Source: a candidate division WOR-3 bacterium (GTDB taxonomy: Bacteria > Hydrothermota > Hydrothermia > B15-G9 > WFZT01). Taken from it: DNA of 13,609 nt. Positions 1 to 10,317 of this stretch are shown here, in pieces. The DNA lies in contig JALUEE010000056.1 of assembly GCA_027053075.1 (NCBI GenBank), positions 1-13,609 on the forward strand. Direction: 5' to 3'. The number at the start of each line of letters is the position of its first letter. Position 1 is the stretch's first letter. The translations under genes were made by a program, and so were the position numbers. The notes under the pieces are model-generated. The model had not been told where the DNA came from, did not search any database, and saw only the letters and a list, made by a program, of their open reading frames with translations.

Positions 1-702
1 TGCCTTAGAGGCAAGGAGAATCTCTGTGAGAATGCAAAGTTTACCGGCTGGGATGTTGATGGAGGATACGCTGAGTATCATGTGGTAAACGAAAATTTCG
101 CCCTTAAATTACCGGATACGAGACCCTTTGAGGAGCTTGCCCCCTGGATGTGCCCCGGAGTTGCAGGATATCGTGCATTCAGACTGACCGGTTTAAAAGA
201 AGGAGCAAAGTTAGGGCTTTACGGTTTTGGCCCATCTGCAACGTATATTCTGCAGGTTGCCAAACACCTGGGTATCGAAGTGTATGTAATCACGAGGAGC
301 GAGAAGAATAAAGAGGCTGCAAGAAAACTGGGCGCTGACTGGGTAGGAGGATATGACGATAAATTACCTGTGAAGCTGGACGGGAGCATACTTTTCCCGC
401 CGGTTGGTAACCTTGTTTCCTTTGCCCTTTCACAGCTTGATAAAGGTGGCAGATTGGTTCTCGGCCCCGTAACCATGACACCGGTGGTGATCAACGATTA
501 CAACCTTCTCTGGTATGAACGGGAAATTGTTTCCCTTGCCAATGTCACGCGTCAGGACGGAGAGGAGTTTATAAAGATCGCCACCGAGATAGACATCAAA
601 ATGGACATAGAGGTTTATCCATTTGAGGAGGCACCAGAGGCATTAATTGTCACCCGCCACAGCAAACAAAAAGGCACCGCAGTATTGAAGATTGGGGAGT
701 GA
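1..702 (+). CDS. Zinc-dependent alcohol dehydrogenase (MDR superfamily, AdhP/CAD-like), 5'-truncated by the window edge
   Basis: Frame +1 is open from base 1 (CLRGKENLCENAKFTGWDVDGGYAEY), which is the end of the structural-Zn lobe and the GGYAEY motif. It continues with the catalytic Cys region APWMCPGVAGYRA and the Rossmann motif GLYGFGPSA. The true start lies upstream of the window, so the ORF-track start at 82 is internal. Confidence 0.93.
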   Translation, partial: CLRGKENLCENAKFTGWDVDGGYAEYHVVNENFALKLPDTRPFEELAPWMCPGVAGYRAFRLTGLKEGAKLGLYGFGPSATYILQVAKHLGIEVYVITRSEKNKEAARKLGADWVGGYDDKLPVKLDGSILFPPVGNLVSFALSQLDKGGRLVLGPVTMTPVVINDYNLLWYEREIVSLANVTRQDGEEFIKIATEIDIKMDIEVYPFEEAPEALIVTRHSKQKGTAVLKIGE

Positions 703-769
703 TAGCTAAGCCTGTCTGGGAATTTCTAAAAATTACTTGCGCCTGCTGATAATTTAATCGCAATTTGCA

Positions 770-1318
770 ATGGAATCCAGGGAACAAAAGAGAATTAGCA
801 AGAAGATGGCATATGTCCTCAGACATAAGGCTCATGCGTTTGGCCTATATCCTGATAAAGAAGGATTTGTAGAGATAAATCAGCTCATGAAAGTTCTTAA
901 AAAGTGGTTTGCAAACATATCTGAATCCACAATCTATCACATTGTTGGAAGTGACCCTAAAGGTAGATACGAAATAAAAGGTGATCTGATAAGAGCGAGA
1001 TATGGCCATAGTTATGAGGTTAGTCTAAACTATGATGAAGATACCGAAAGCGAGCTCTTTTATCACGCAACTGTTCGCAGAAATTTAGAACACATTTTCC
1101 GTAAAGGCCTACTACCGATGAAAAGAAAATTTGTTCATCTATCACTATCACCGAAAGATGCAATTGAAGTGGGCAGACGACACGGTAAGGACGTTGTTCT
1201 GCTTATTATAGATTCATCCTGCCTCAGAGAACATGGAATAAAGGTATTAAAGGCAAGTAAAAAGATAAGAATTGCAAGTTACATACCATCTAAATGCATA
1301 AGGGCAGAATATACATAA
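770..1318 (+). CDS. kptA: RNA 2'-phosphotransferase (Tpt1/KptA family)
   Basis: Family motifs SKxMxYxLRH, DxKGRY, IRARYGHS, YHAT (usually HGT), GLxPMKRxxVHLS and GRRHG; 182 aa is a typical length. Confidence 0.95.
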   Translation: MESREQKRISKKMAYVLRHKAHAFGLYPDKEGFVEINQLMKVLKKWFANISESTIYHIVGSDPKGRYEIKGDLIRARYGHSYEVSLNYDEDTESELFYHATVRRNLEHIFRKGLLPMKRKFVHLSLSPKDAIEVGRRHGKDVVLLIIDSSCLREHGIKVLKASKKIRIASYIPSKCIRAEYT

Positions 1319-1394
1319 CACTGCGTAATAGCTGAGGCCTAAGGGGTTCCTGTAAATCCAAATCCTTCCCAGCATCTTTCTTCGCTATTTTTCT

Positions 1395-1430
1395 TCTCCT
1401 CCCACTTGTGGTAGGAGATTGAGGGGCATT
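1395..1430 (-). repeat. Degenerate REP-like palindromic element
   Basis: Inverted repeat tctcctcccac (1395-1405) / gtggtaggaga (1408-1418) with one mismatch. On the minus strand it is preceded by aatgcccctca, which resembles the head of the 4710 and 13327 copies. Confidence 0.45.
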
Positions 1431-1459
1431 TCTTTGCAAATTCCCAAAATGGATCAGAT

Positions 1460-1488
1460 TTGAAATCACACCGGGGCTGGTTAATACT
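1460..1488 (+). promoter_or_regulatory. Possible sigma70 promoter for the 1068-aa gene (possibly leaderless)
   Basis: TTGAAA (1460-1465), 17-bp spacer, AATACT (1483-1488); the ATG follows after 8 nt and there is no Shine-Dalgarno. The -10 match is imperfect. Confidence 0.35.
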
Positions 1489-1496
1489 AAAATGTC

Positions 1497-4400
1497 ATGA
1501 TTACGATACTGTTACTCATAACTTTACCAATAAAGTTTGTGCTCCCACCAGGTGGGAGCTATAGAATTGACTTGAAAAAACATGTGGAAAGTTCTTCTTA
1601 CAGTCTTCCAGACATCCCGTCTTCTATTCTGCAAAAAGTACCCGAAAACCTGCGCTGGCGTCTATCATGGGTACTAAAAGAAGCCTCTCTTGAGCCTGTT
1701 GAGAATGTTGACGGATTTACTCTCACCGACGAAAACAACGACGGATACCCTGATCTGATTCTAAAAACACACGAGCATTTAGCAGGTTATTACGGCCCCG
1801 ACTTTTCAACTGAATTTACCCCTCAGAATGTTCCTCCCTTTGCCCGTAAACAGGTTGTGGATTTTGATGGTGATGGTTTCAAAGAGATAGTTTACATCAA
1901 AGACCACAAGCTTAAATTTAATCGTCTGAGAGGTGAAGAAGTTTACCCTCAAATCAACTACGAGCGAGTTTTCAACTTCACCATGCCCATTGCACCCTCT
2001 CCCGCCATTCTATCCTCAAAAAAGTTGCTCATTGCGAACTCACATAGGGTTTACCTTCTTGAGAAAAACGACAAAAACTGGGACAGTAAAAAGATTTCTG
2101 ACCTGACCTACCTCCGGGTTGTAAGGATGAACAGAGTCCCTGTATTCGTCTCCCCTTCCGGAGAGCTCTTTTATTTCAAACACGGCAAGCTTAAGTCCAG
2201 AGACAAACTGCAAAATCCCGGCTCAATTTATTTTAATAACAGATGGACAGATACTCTGCCAGTTAAGATTGACAGCTTTTCCTCAATCATAGCACAGGAC
2301 ATCAATGGCGACGGAAAGGATGACATAATCGCAGGATCACCCCAGGGATTTATCTATCTCTATCTCTCCCCATCCTATCAAAAAGACACTACAGCCCTCA
2401 TCAAGGTTAAAGAGTGGCCACAGATAGATATTTTCGACTTCAATGGTGACGGTCTGAAGGACCTTATTGCAGGTGATGTTGATGGAAATATCACCCTTTT
2501 CCTCAATCGGGGCACATCAGAACACCCGAAATTTGTCGAATATAGAAGCTGGATGTTTTCGAAATCTTACAGCATCAAAACTCCCGCAGACTATTATGAA
2601 AAATACATGCCTCCAGAAAATGATTTTATGATTGAGAAAAGCTGGATTCGTGATTCCATAGAAGCGTTTCTCTCACGGATTTCTCCACCATATTTTGACG
2701 AAGTTGTTTATTCGGTTGCCTACACCCCACCCGGTGTGCTTCAGGCAATGACAAAGATGAATGCCCTTGATATCTTCCTTGAGAATGCAAAAGACGTTTA
2801 TAAAATTGCCGACTCCCTCCCTTATGTCAGACTCCTTGAATTGCAAAATGGGTTTACAACCCTGATTTATGACAGCACAGATACTCTTCCAACCAATTAC
2901 TACTATCTCTTTGTGGTGCATCCGAGGCTTTTATTTGAAATTCCTGCAAGAGTTGATGCCTCATACTGGGACAAACCACCTGAGTATTATGGAGAGAGCG
3001 AAGATCAGTGGCTCACCAAAAAGGTTGACGTTTACAAGGGTCACGGCCAATTCTGGCGTAACTATTTTCTTGGATTGACAGAAATTAAGAGTAAAATGGA
3101 AAAGGCAAAAACCGAGCGCGAGGCCGTTTTCACACTCCATCGCTGGCTTTCCTGGTCATACAAAGGCAACTTTATGAGATTTGGCTACAAAACCCAGGAC
3201 ATTCAGCCACTTGTGATTTTCAAAAAGAGATACGGCTCGTGCGGTGAGCAATCCATCCTTTTAGCTGCATTTGCGAGAACCTATCTAATTCCCATTTACA
3301 TCGTTATGGACCGTGGTGAAGACCATCAGTGGGATGAATTCTGGGAGAAAGGGAAATGGCATCACTGGGATATAAACTTTATAGCGGAAAAATCTATTGA
3401 TCACCCTGCAACTTCAGCAGAAGGAATGGGAGGGCCACGTCATCACAAGACAGTTTCGTCTGTCTTTGGATGGCATCCCGATGACACGTTCCATCCGGTC
3501 ACAAAAAGATACACCGGAGTTGCCCATGTGAAATTCAGGGTTCTTGACCGCGAAAATCATCCGGTGGAAGGTGCCTTAGTAGTGGTTCGAAGCCACTGGA
3601 ACAACAGAAATTCAATATCAATCTGGGGTTACACCGATTATCAGGGCAATGTCGAATTTGACCTCGGATGGGAACCTCTTGGCTATACCCTCGATGTTCT
3701 CTCACCTCTTGGAATGGGAGGCATAAACAATTTCTTTATCTTCGAGGGCAACTCATACACCTTTGAAGTCCAGGTCCCGGACGCAAATGTAATCCCCGCA
3801 AGCAACTACCCAGCCGATTCTTCCATATTCACAATAAGGAACTTCATTACGGGCAAACCTTACAGAATTTCAAGCGAGTATTTAAGGGACTCCATTGGCT
3901 ACCGCGGTGCCGGAAAAACACCTTACTACTATGCCGGTGGAAGAGTCCTGAAAACCCAGAATGGCAGCACCATACAGTTTTCCAACCTCACACCTTTTTA
4001 CTACAGAATTGTTAAAGCGGATGTGCCCCTGCAGCCAGAACTTAAGCTCAAAAGCACTACTAAAAAATTAAAGCCAGGGAATAGAGTTAATTTTGAGCTA
4101 ACAATTTTCCCGAAAACACACTTTAGAAAGTTTCTGCTGGTGGTGAAAGGAGCTCTTGGCACTAAGGTCAAAGAGATCGATATGGTGCACACAAAGGGTG
4201 AAGAATACACCTACAGCCTCCCTGTGGACTGGATTTATCCGGGAAGGTATGAAGTTAAGGTTGAGGGAATTGGAATAAGTGGAGATACGCTTGAGAGCAA
4301 TAGTGTGAGCTTTGAGGTCGAGCCGGTTACTGTATATCGTGGACTCGTCTATCAGGACGAATGTACGAGCAAGCATCCATCAGGAAGCTACGTTTTCGGA

Positions 4401-4703
4401 CCATTCACCATCAGGGATAGCCTGCCATTTATCTTTCTGAAAGTTACATCGGATGCTGTAGGAGCGGATATTGATATCTTCCTCTTCAGGGACAAAAACG
4501 GCAACGGTAAGCTGGACGGGATGAAGGAGCTTGTAAAGAAATCCACCACACCACTTGCAACTGAACGAATATTCATTCCCTATCCGAAGCGTGGAACCTA
4601 CTGGCTTTATGTTCAGGGCTGCACAATACCCGAACCGCCTGCAAAATTCAAACTAATAACATCATTCAGACTGGATAGTGAGGGGAATGTAAAATTTCCG
4701 TGA
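1497..4703 (+). CDS. Probably secreted multidomain protein: FG-GAP/VCBS-type repeats + transglutaminase-like (Cys-His-Asp) domain + beta-sandwich (carboxypeptidase-regulatory/Ig/PPC-like) domains
   Basis: Ca-binding repeats DENNDGYPDL, DFDGDGFKEI, DINGDGKDDIIAG and DFNGDGLKDLIAG. Transglutaminase core YGSCGEQS (C582), DHQWDEFW (H610), WHHWD (D625). VLDRENHPVEGALVVV...YTDYQG is a prealbumin-like fold motif. The C-terminal DIDIFLF...GTYWLYVQG is PPC-like. The N-terminus is hydrophobic. Confidence 0.85.
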   Translation: MITILLLITLPIKFVLPPGGSYRIDLKKHVESSSYSLPDIPSSILQKVPENLRWRLSWVLKEASLEPVENVDGFTLTDENNDGYPDLILKTHEHLAGYYGPDFSTEFTPQNVPPFARKQVVDFDGDGFKEIVYIKDHKLKFNRLRGEEVYPQINYERVFNFTMPIAPSPAILSSKKLLIANSHRVYLLEKNDKNWDSKKISDLTYLRVVRMNRVPVFVSPSGELFYFKHGKLKSRDKLQNPGSIYFNNRWTDTLPVKIDSFSSIIAQDINGDGKDDIIAGSPQGFIYLYLSPSYQKDTTALIKVKEWPQIDIFDFNGDGLKDLIAGDVDGNITLFLNRGTSEHPKFVEYRSWMFSKSYSIKTPADYYEKYMPPENDFMIEKSWIRDSIEAFLSRISPPYFDEVVYSVAYTPPGVLQAMTKMNALDIFLENAKDVYKIADSLPYVRLLELQNGFTTLIYDSTDTLPTNYYYLFVVHPRLLFEIPARVDASYWDKPPEYYGESEDQWLTKKVDVYKGHGQFWRNYFLGLTEIKSKMEKAKTEREAVFTLHRWLSWSYKGNFMRFGYKTQDIQPLVIFKKRYGSCGEQSILLAAFARTYLIPIYIVMDRGEDHQWDEFWEKGKWHHWDINFIAEKSIDHPATSAEGMGGPRHHKTVSSVFGWHPDDTFHPVTKRYTGVAHVKFRVLDRENHPVEGALVVVRSHWNNRNSISIWGYTDYQGNVEFDLGWEPLGYTLDVLSPLGMGGINNFFIFEGNSYTFEVQVPDANVIPASNYPADSSIFTIRNFITGKPYRISSEYLRDSIGYRGAGKTPYYYAGGRVLKTQNGSTIQFSNLTPFYYRIVKADVPLQPELKLKSTTKKLKPGNRVNFELTIFPKTHFRKFLLVVKGALGTKVKEIDMVHTKGEEYTYSLPVDWIYPGRYEVKVEGIGISGDTLESNSVSFEVEPVTVYRGLVYQDECTSKHPSGSYVFGPFTIRDSLPFIFLKVTSDAVGADIDIFLFRDKNGNGKLDGMKELVKKSTTPLATERIFIPYPKRGTYWLYVQGCTIPEPPAKFKLITSFRLDSEGNVKFP

Positions 4704-4709
4704 GACTAC

Positions 4710-4774
4710 AATGTGACCCCTCACCTTTATCCTCTCCCCGCAAAAAATTTATGCGGGGAGAGGAGATTTTTGTG
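4710..4774 (+). repeat. REP-like element copy A (CCCCTCACC-N-ATCCTCTCCCCGC...GCGGGGAGAGG)
   Basis: Perfect 13-bp stem tcctctccccgca (4730-4742) / tgcggggagagga (4752-4764) with a 9-nt loop. Near-identical to 13327-13388. Starts 7 nt after the stop codon and may also act as a terminator or mRNA stabiliser. Confidence 0.85.
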
Positions 4775-4919
4775 AAAAACATGTGACAAACAATTGTCCT
4801 TCCATTAGCTTGCGAGCCGGCAAATAGTTATTTTTCATGAAGGTCTGCTTATGTTTCCTAAAAACATTTTGCTCACCATAAGCGGAGCTTGAGTCTCCAA
4901 AAGCTGGCAAAGGAACTTT

Positions 4920-4961
4920 CCTCCCCCGCGCTTCGCGCGGGGGAGGGATTCAGGGAGGGGG
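4920..4961 (-). repeat. REP-like element, GCGAAGC-loop variant, inverted relative to copy A
   Basis: Perfect 12-bp stem cctcccccgcgc (4920-4931) / gcgcgggggagg (4935-4946). The minus strand reads ccccctccctgaatccctcccccgcgcgaagcgcgggggagg, the same head-plus-hairpin layout as copy A. Confidence 0.7.
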
Positions 4962-5069
4962 CCTTCCGCTTGAAATCTTAAAAAATTCAGGATGAAAATT
5001 TCACAGGTTAGATTTGCCCTGGAGTGAGGGAAAAATTCTCTTTAAATCAAGGATATATTTTCAGGGTAT

Positions 5070-5104
5070 AAAAAGGGGCGGCCGGGGCTTCGCCCCGGCC
5101 GCCC
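5070..5104 (-). terminator. Rho-independent terminator of fusA
   Basis: Perfect 13-bp all-GC stem gggcggccggggc (5076-5088) / gccccggccgccc (5092-5104), followed on the minus strand by C then a T5 tract; about 85 nt downstream of the fusA stop. Confidence 0.85.
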
Positions 5105-5188
5105 AAAAAATTCAATTTCACTGCTTGAGTCCACGCTTATAAGACGTGAGGAAATCGATCAACAGCCTTCACAAAATCTGACCGCTTA

Positions 5189-7282
<2,094 letters not shown>

Positions 7283-7340
7283 GACAATCACTCCTTATTT
7301 TCTAAAATCCAAGGGGGATACCCTTAAGAAAGGTCGGAGT

Positions 7341-7369
7341 ATGATACCTGTTTCACCCCACCCTGTCAA
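7341..7369 (-). promoter_or_regulatory. sigma70 promoter of fusA
   Basis: Minus strand: perfect TTGACA (7369-7364), 17-bp spacer, TATCAT (7346-7341). Confidence 0.85.
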
Positions 7370-7569
7370 GGGCTGAACAAAATTTGCTCAAAAAATCTTA
7401 CTCCTACCCACATTATCTCGCGCAGCAAAGAAAATCAATTATCCATGCACGTGATTAGATTAAAATATCACTCAGCCCGTGCAAAAGAAGAGATCTCACA
7501 AACTTTCTTTTCCTCCTCAGTGGAAGAGACTAAAAATTGGCAAAAATACGTTTGAATGGCTGTTAACCT

Positions 7570-9726
7570 TCACTTCACCTCCATCCAGTACGGCATCATG
7601 TAAAGGTAGGGGGAGGTGAGGAGGTTCATGTATTCGTTTATGCCAATTCCAGATTTTGGCAGGCCCATTTTCTTCTGCGGGTAAACAACAAGTTTGTAGT
7701 CTCCCTTTATCCCTGCAAGTTTCACGGCTTCCCTGATGGCATCGTCAAGACCACCGATTTTGTCCACGAGGCCAATCTTTGAGGCACGCATGCCGCTCCA
7801 TACCCTTCCACGACCAATTGCATTCACAGAATCCTTGCTGATGCCACGTGTTTCTGAAACCCTTGAGATAAACTTATCATAACCGTGCTGAAGCTCTCGT
7901 TTCAGAATGTCCATCTCCTCTGTAGACAGTTTCTTAAATGGGCTGTAAGCTGCAGCAAGGGGATCAGAGGCAAGAATCTTCGTATTTATTCCAATCTTTT
8001 TCGCAAAATCCTTAAAAACAAGTTTGCCTCCCAGAATTCCTATCGAGCCTGTTATCGTCGTATTGTCCGCATAGATTTTCGTTCCAGGTGAGGAGATATA
8101 ATAACCACCTGATGCTGCCAGCCATCCCATTGAAACCACAAGAGGCTTATCTTTCTTGAGCTTCATCAATTCCTGCCACATTGCTTCAGAGGCAATGGCA
8201 TCCCCACCACCTGAATTAATTCTAAAGACCACTGCCTTCACATTTTTGTCCTCTCGTAATCTCCTGATGATTTTCACCATACTTTCGGAGCCAATGGTGC
8301 TTCCTAAAATTCCATTTTTGGATTTCCCATTCACAATGGAGCCCTCTGCCGTTAGAACAGCAACTACCGGCTTTTCCCAGCCTTCATCAACAGTTTCCAC
8401 CACTCTGTACTGCACAAATTTTTTGCCTCCAATATCTGTTTCATGAACAATTTTGTCCACGAGACCATATTTCAAAGCAAGATCAGAATTGAAAAATCCG
8501 ATCGAATCCACCAGAAACCTCACACTGTCCGCGCTCATGTTTCTTCCCTTCGCGACTTTATTCACAAACTCTTTCATAAAATCGTGCAAAAGCACCATAG
8601 TCTGGAGGCTATCGTATTTCGAAATATTTGAACGGGTGAGTGGCTCAATTGCACTCTTGTATTCTTTTATGTGATAAAATTCTGCCTCGATACCCAATTT
8701 TTTCATTAACGGCAGAAAATAAACTTTTGTTGCCTGAAAGCCCGGTATCATAACCTCACCCATGGTCTGGATGAAAACCTTTGTGCCCGCTGAGGCAAGG
8801 TAATAGGTGATGGGAGTGTAAACACTGGCAAAGAAATAAACCTTCTTACCCTTGAATCTCATCTTTTCAACAAGACTGCGGAGCTCCTCGGCCTGATTGT
8901 AGGTGAGCCTGGGATTTCGGATTTTTATGAGCACTTCGCTCGTGCTTTTATCATCTACAATTGCCCTGAACTTTCTCACTAAATCGTAAAAGGCAGGGCT
9001 GTAGCTCAGGAAGCGGTACTTTCTGATTTCAGGATATTTGCCGTCCAGGACAATCTCCACACGACGTCTTCTTTTTAGATTTATGTGTGAAGAATAAGGC
9101 CGCGCAGAAAGAATGGCCGTGTAGCGCATATTCTTACCCCGTGCCCTGTAGCCAAAGCCAAAATTCGATATAAACAGCCTCACTCCAACACCCAGCTCAC
9201 CGTCTTTATTGGCATCAAAGGTGAAGCTCAAGCCTTTTATTGGCTGGAAAATAAGACCACCTCCATAATCCTCGAGCGAATCCGTGTAATCAACGCGGGA
9301 GTAAAGCCTGACAACACCCCTCAGGAGTCTCAAGCCCAATCCACCACTCAAGAGTCTCGTGCTGTTAGAGAAGTCTCCATAGGCATTTATCGTCAGGAAA
9401 CTTTTGAACCTCTTTATAAAACCTGCTCTAAAAGAAATATTCGTGGCACGGGATATGCCGACTCCAACAAATGTGCCGGAGCCTACTTTGAGGCCGGTTG
9501 CGTAATGATAGGTGTAATCGTCTCCTGTTTTTGTGATTCCAATGCCGTAGAATCCAAGCTGTGCACCTAAATACTGAGGAAGTGAATCATTGTCCGGCAT
9601 GTCCATGATGAATTCAAATCCCGGGGAGAAGCCGAGGGATGCCGGATTACCAAATATCCCCTCACTTCTGTAGGGGAATGCTGTACTGCCGTAAAAATTT
9701 GCAAGAAGTAAAAATATGATCACCAT
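7570..9726 (-). CDS. sppA: Signal peptide peptidase SppA (protease IV, tandem-S49 67K type) with an extra ~210-aa N-terminal beta-rich domain
   Basis: Catalytic Lys motif EYKSAIEP; second S49 domain RINSGGG, VVSMGWLAASGGYYIS (catalytic Ser), TITGSIGI, GRGRVWSG, GLVDKIGG. The first S49 repeat (YYLASA) lacks the Ser. SD AGGAGG lies 6 nt before the ATG. Confidence 0.93.
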   Translation of the reverse strand: MVIIFLLLANFYGSTAFPYRSEGIFGNPASLGFSPGFEFIMDMPDNDSLPQYLGAQLGFYGIGITKTGDDYTYHYATGLKVGSGTFVGVGISRATNISFRAGFIKRFKSFLTINAYGDFSNSTRLLSGGLGLRLLRGVVRLYSRVDYTDSLEDYGGGLIFQPIKGLSFTFDANKDGELGVGVRLFISNFGFGYRARGKNMRYTAILSARPYSSHINLKRRRRVEIVLDGKYPEIRKYRFLSYSPAFYDLVRKFRAIVDDKSTSEVLIKIRNPRLTYNQAEELRSLVEKMRFKGKKVYFFASVYTPITYYLASAGTKVFIQTMGEVMIPGFQATKVYFLPLMKKLGIEAEFYHIKEYKSAIEPLTRSNISKYDSLQTMVLLHDFMKEFVNKVAKGRNMSADSVRFLVDSIGFFNSDLALKYGLVDKIVHETDIGGKKFVQYRVVETVDEGWEKPVVAVLTAEGSIVNGKSKNGILGSTIGSESMVKIIRRLREDKNVKAVVFRINSGGGDAIASEAMWQELMKLKKDKPLVVSMGWLAASGGYYISSPGTKIYADNTTITGSIGILGGKLVFKDFAKKIGINTKILASDPLAAAYSPFKKLSTEEMDILKRELQHGYDKFISRVSETRGISKDSVNAIGRGRVWSGMRASKIGLVDKIGGLDDAIREAVKLAGIKGDYKLVVYPQKKMGLPKSGIGINEYMNLLTSPYLYMMPYWMEVK

Positions 9727-9752
9727 TTTTAACCTCCTGAGTGTTTGAATTT

Positions 9753-9781
9753 AGTAAAAATCACCCCTTTAGCACTGTCAA
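9753..9781 (-). promoter_or_regulatory. Possible sigma70 promoter of sppA
   Basis: Perfect TTGACA on the minus strand (9781-9776), but the -10 at 17-bp spacing is weak (TTTACT). Confidence 0.45.
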
Positions 9782-9986
9782 TATGTGGTAATGAAAAATG
9801 CCCTCTCCACCCCTTGCTAAAACTGCATGGAGAACATCAATTGTTGGTAGTTTTTATTTTCCATCTTCTCCAACAAAAGAGGGAAATATTTTAGATTTCT
9901 CCTGGTGTATAAAAATTTGCGGAGCCTCGGAAAAAATGAGGAACATCAAGAATTTTCAGTTTTCAATCGGAATGTCCTTTCTTTCA

Positions 9987-10015
9987 CCTTCTCCTGCGCT
10001 TCGCGCAGGAGAAGG
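9987..10015. repeat. Perfect hairpin with GCTTCGC/GCGAAGC apex (REP-like)
   Basis: 13-bp stem ccttctcctgcgc (9987-9999) / gcgcaggagaagg (10003-10015) with a ttc loop. The central gcgcttcgcgc is identical to that of the 4920 hairpin. Confidence 0.75.
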
Positions 10016-10085
10016 AGGTGTTTGAAAGCAGAGTTTTTGAGCACTTCTGTAAAAACTCATGTCTATGAGGCGAAAATCCGAAGCC

Positions 10086-10128
10086 TTTACCCCACAAAAA
10101 TCCTGAAAATTTAATTTTGTGGGGTAAA
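10086..10128. repeat. Perfect 14-bp inverted repeat
   Basis: tttaccccacaaaa (10086-10099) / ttttgtggggtaaa (10115-10128) with a 15-nt AT-rich spacer. The CCCCRCAAAAA...TGYGGGG core resembles copies A and B. Confidence 0.7.
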
Positions 10129-10281
10129 AAGTTTCTCTGGAAAGACAGCAATTGCCGATATTTCTTATATTTGTTGATCACGCAGTAAAAATAAATCAAT
10201 GAATAAGTTTAAAAATCATAACCATATTTTGCCACTAACGAAATCTCTGGCTCGTGCATCTAATAAAAAAATCTTCCATTT

Positions 10282-10310
10282 TAGACATTTCCCTATCACT
10301 GACTTAAAAT
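10282..10310 (+). promoter_or_regulatory. sigma70 promoter predicting a leaderless transcript for the GlcF-like gene
   Basis: TAGACA (10282-10287), 17-bp spacer, TAAAAT (10305-10310); the ATG at 10318 follows after 7 nt and there is no SD. Confidence 0.65.
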
Positions 10311-10317
10311 TTTTGCA

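Noticed and set aside
4970..5030. Short similarities to 13308-13326 (ttgaaat-taaaaaattc) and 9891-9908 (ttagattt--cctgg-gt)
   Set aside because: Short, AT-rich matches that could arise by chance; they cannot be supported without genome-wide statistics.
4704..5188. Possible CRISPR array, tRNA or transposase remnant between the convergent genes
   Set aside because: No regularly spaced direct repeats, no cloverleaf and no ORF; the hairpins differ from one another.
9798..10199. Three 69-75 aa ORFs in the sppA-glcF spacer
   Set aside because: They lack convincing SDs and motifs, overlap each other and read through the palindromes (SPSPALRAGEGG is simply the translated hairpin).
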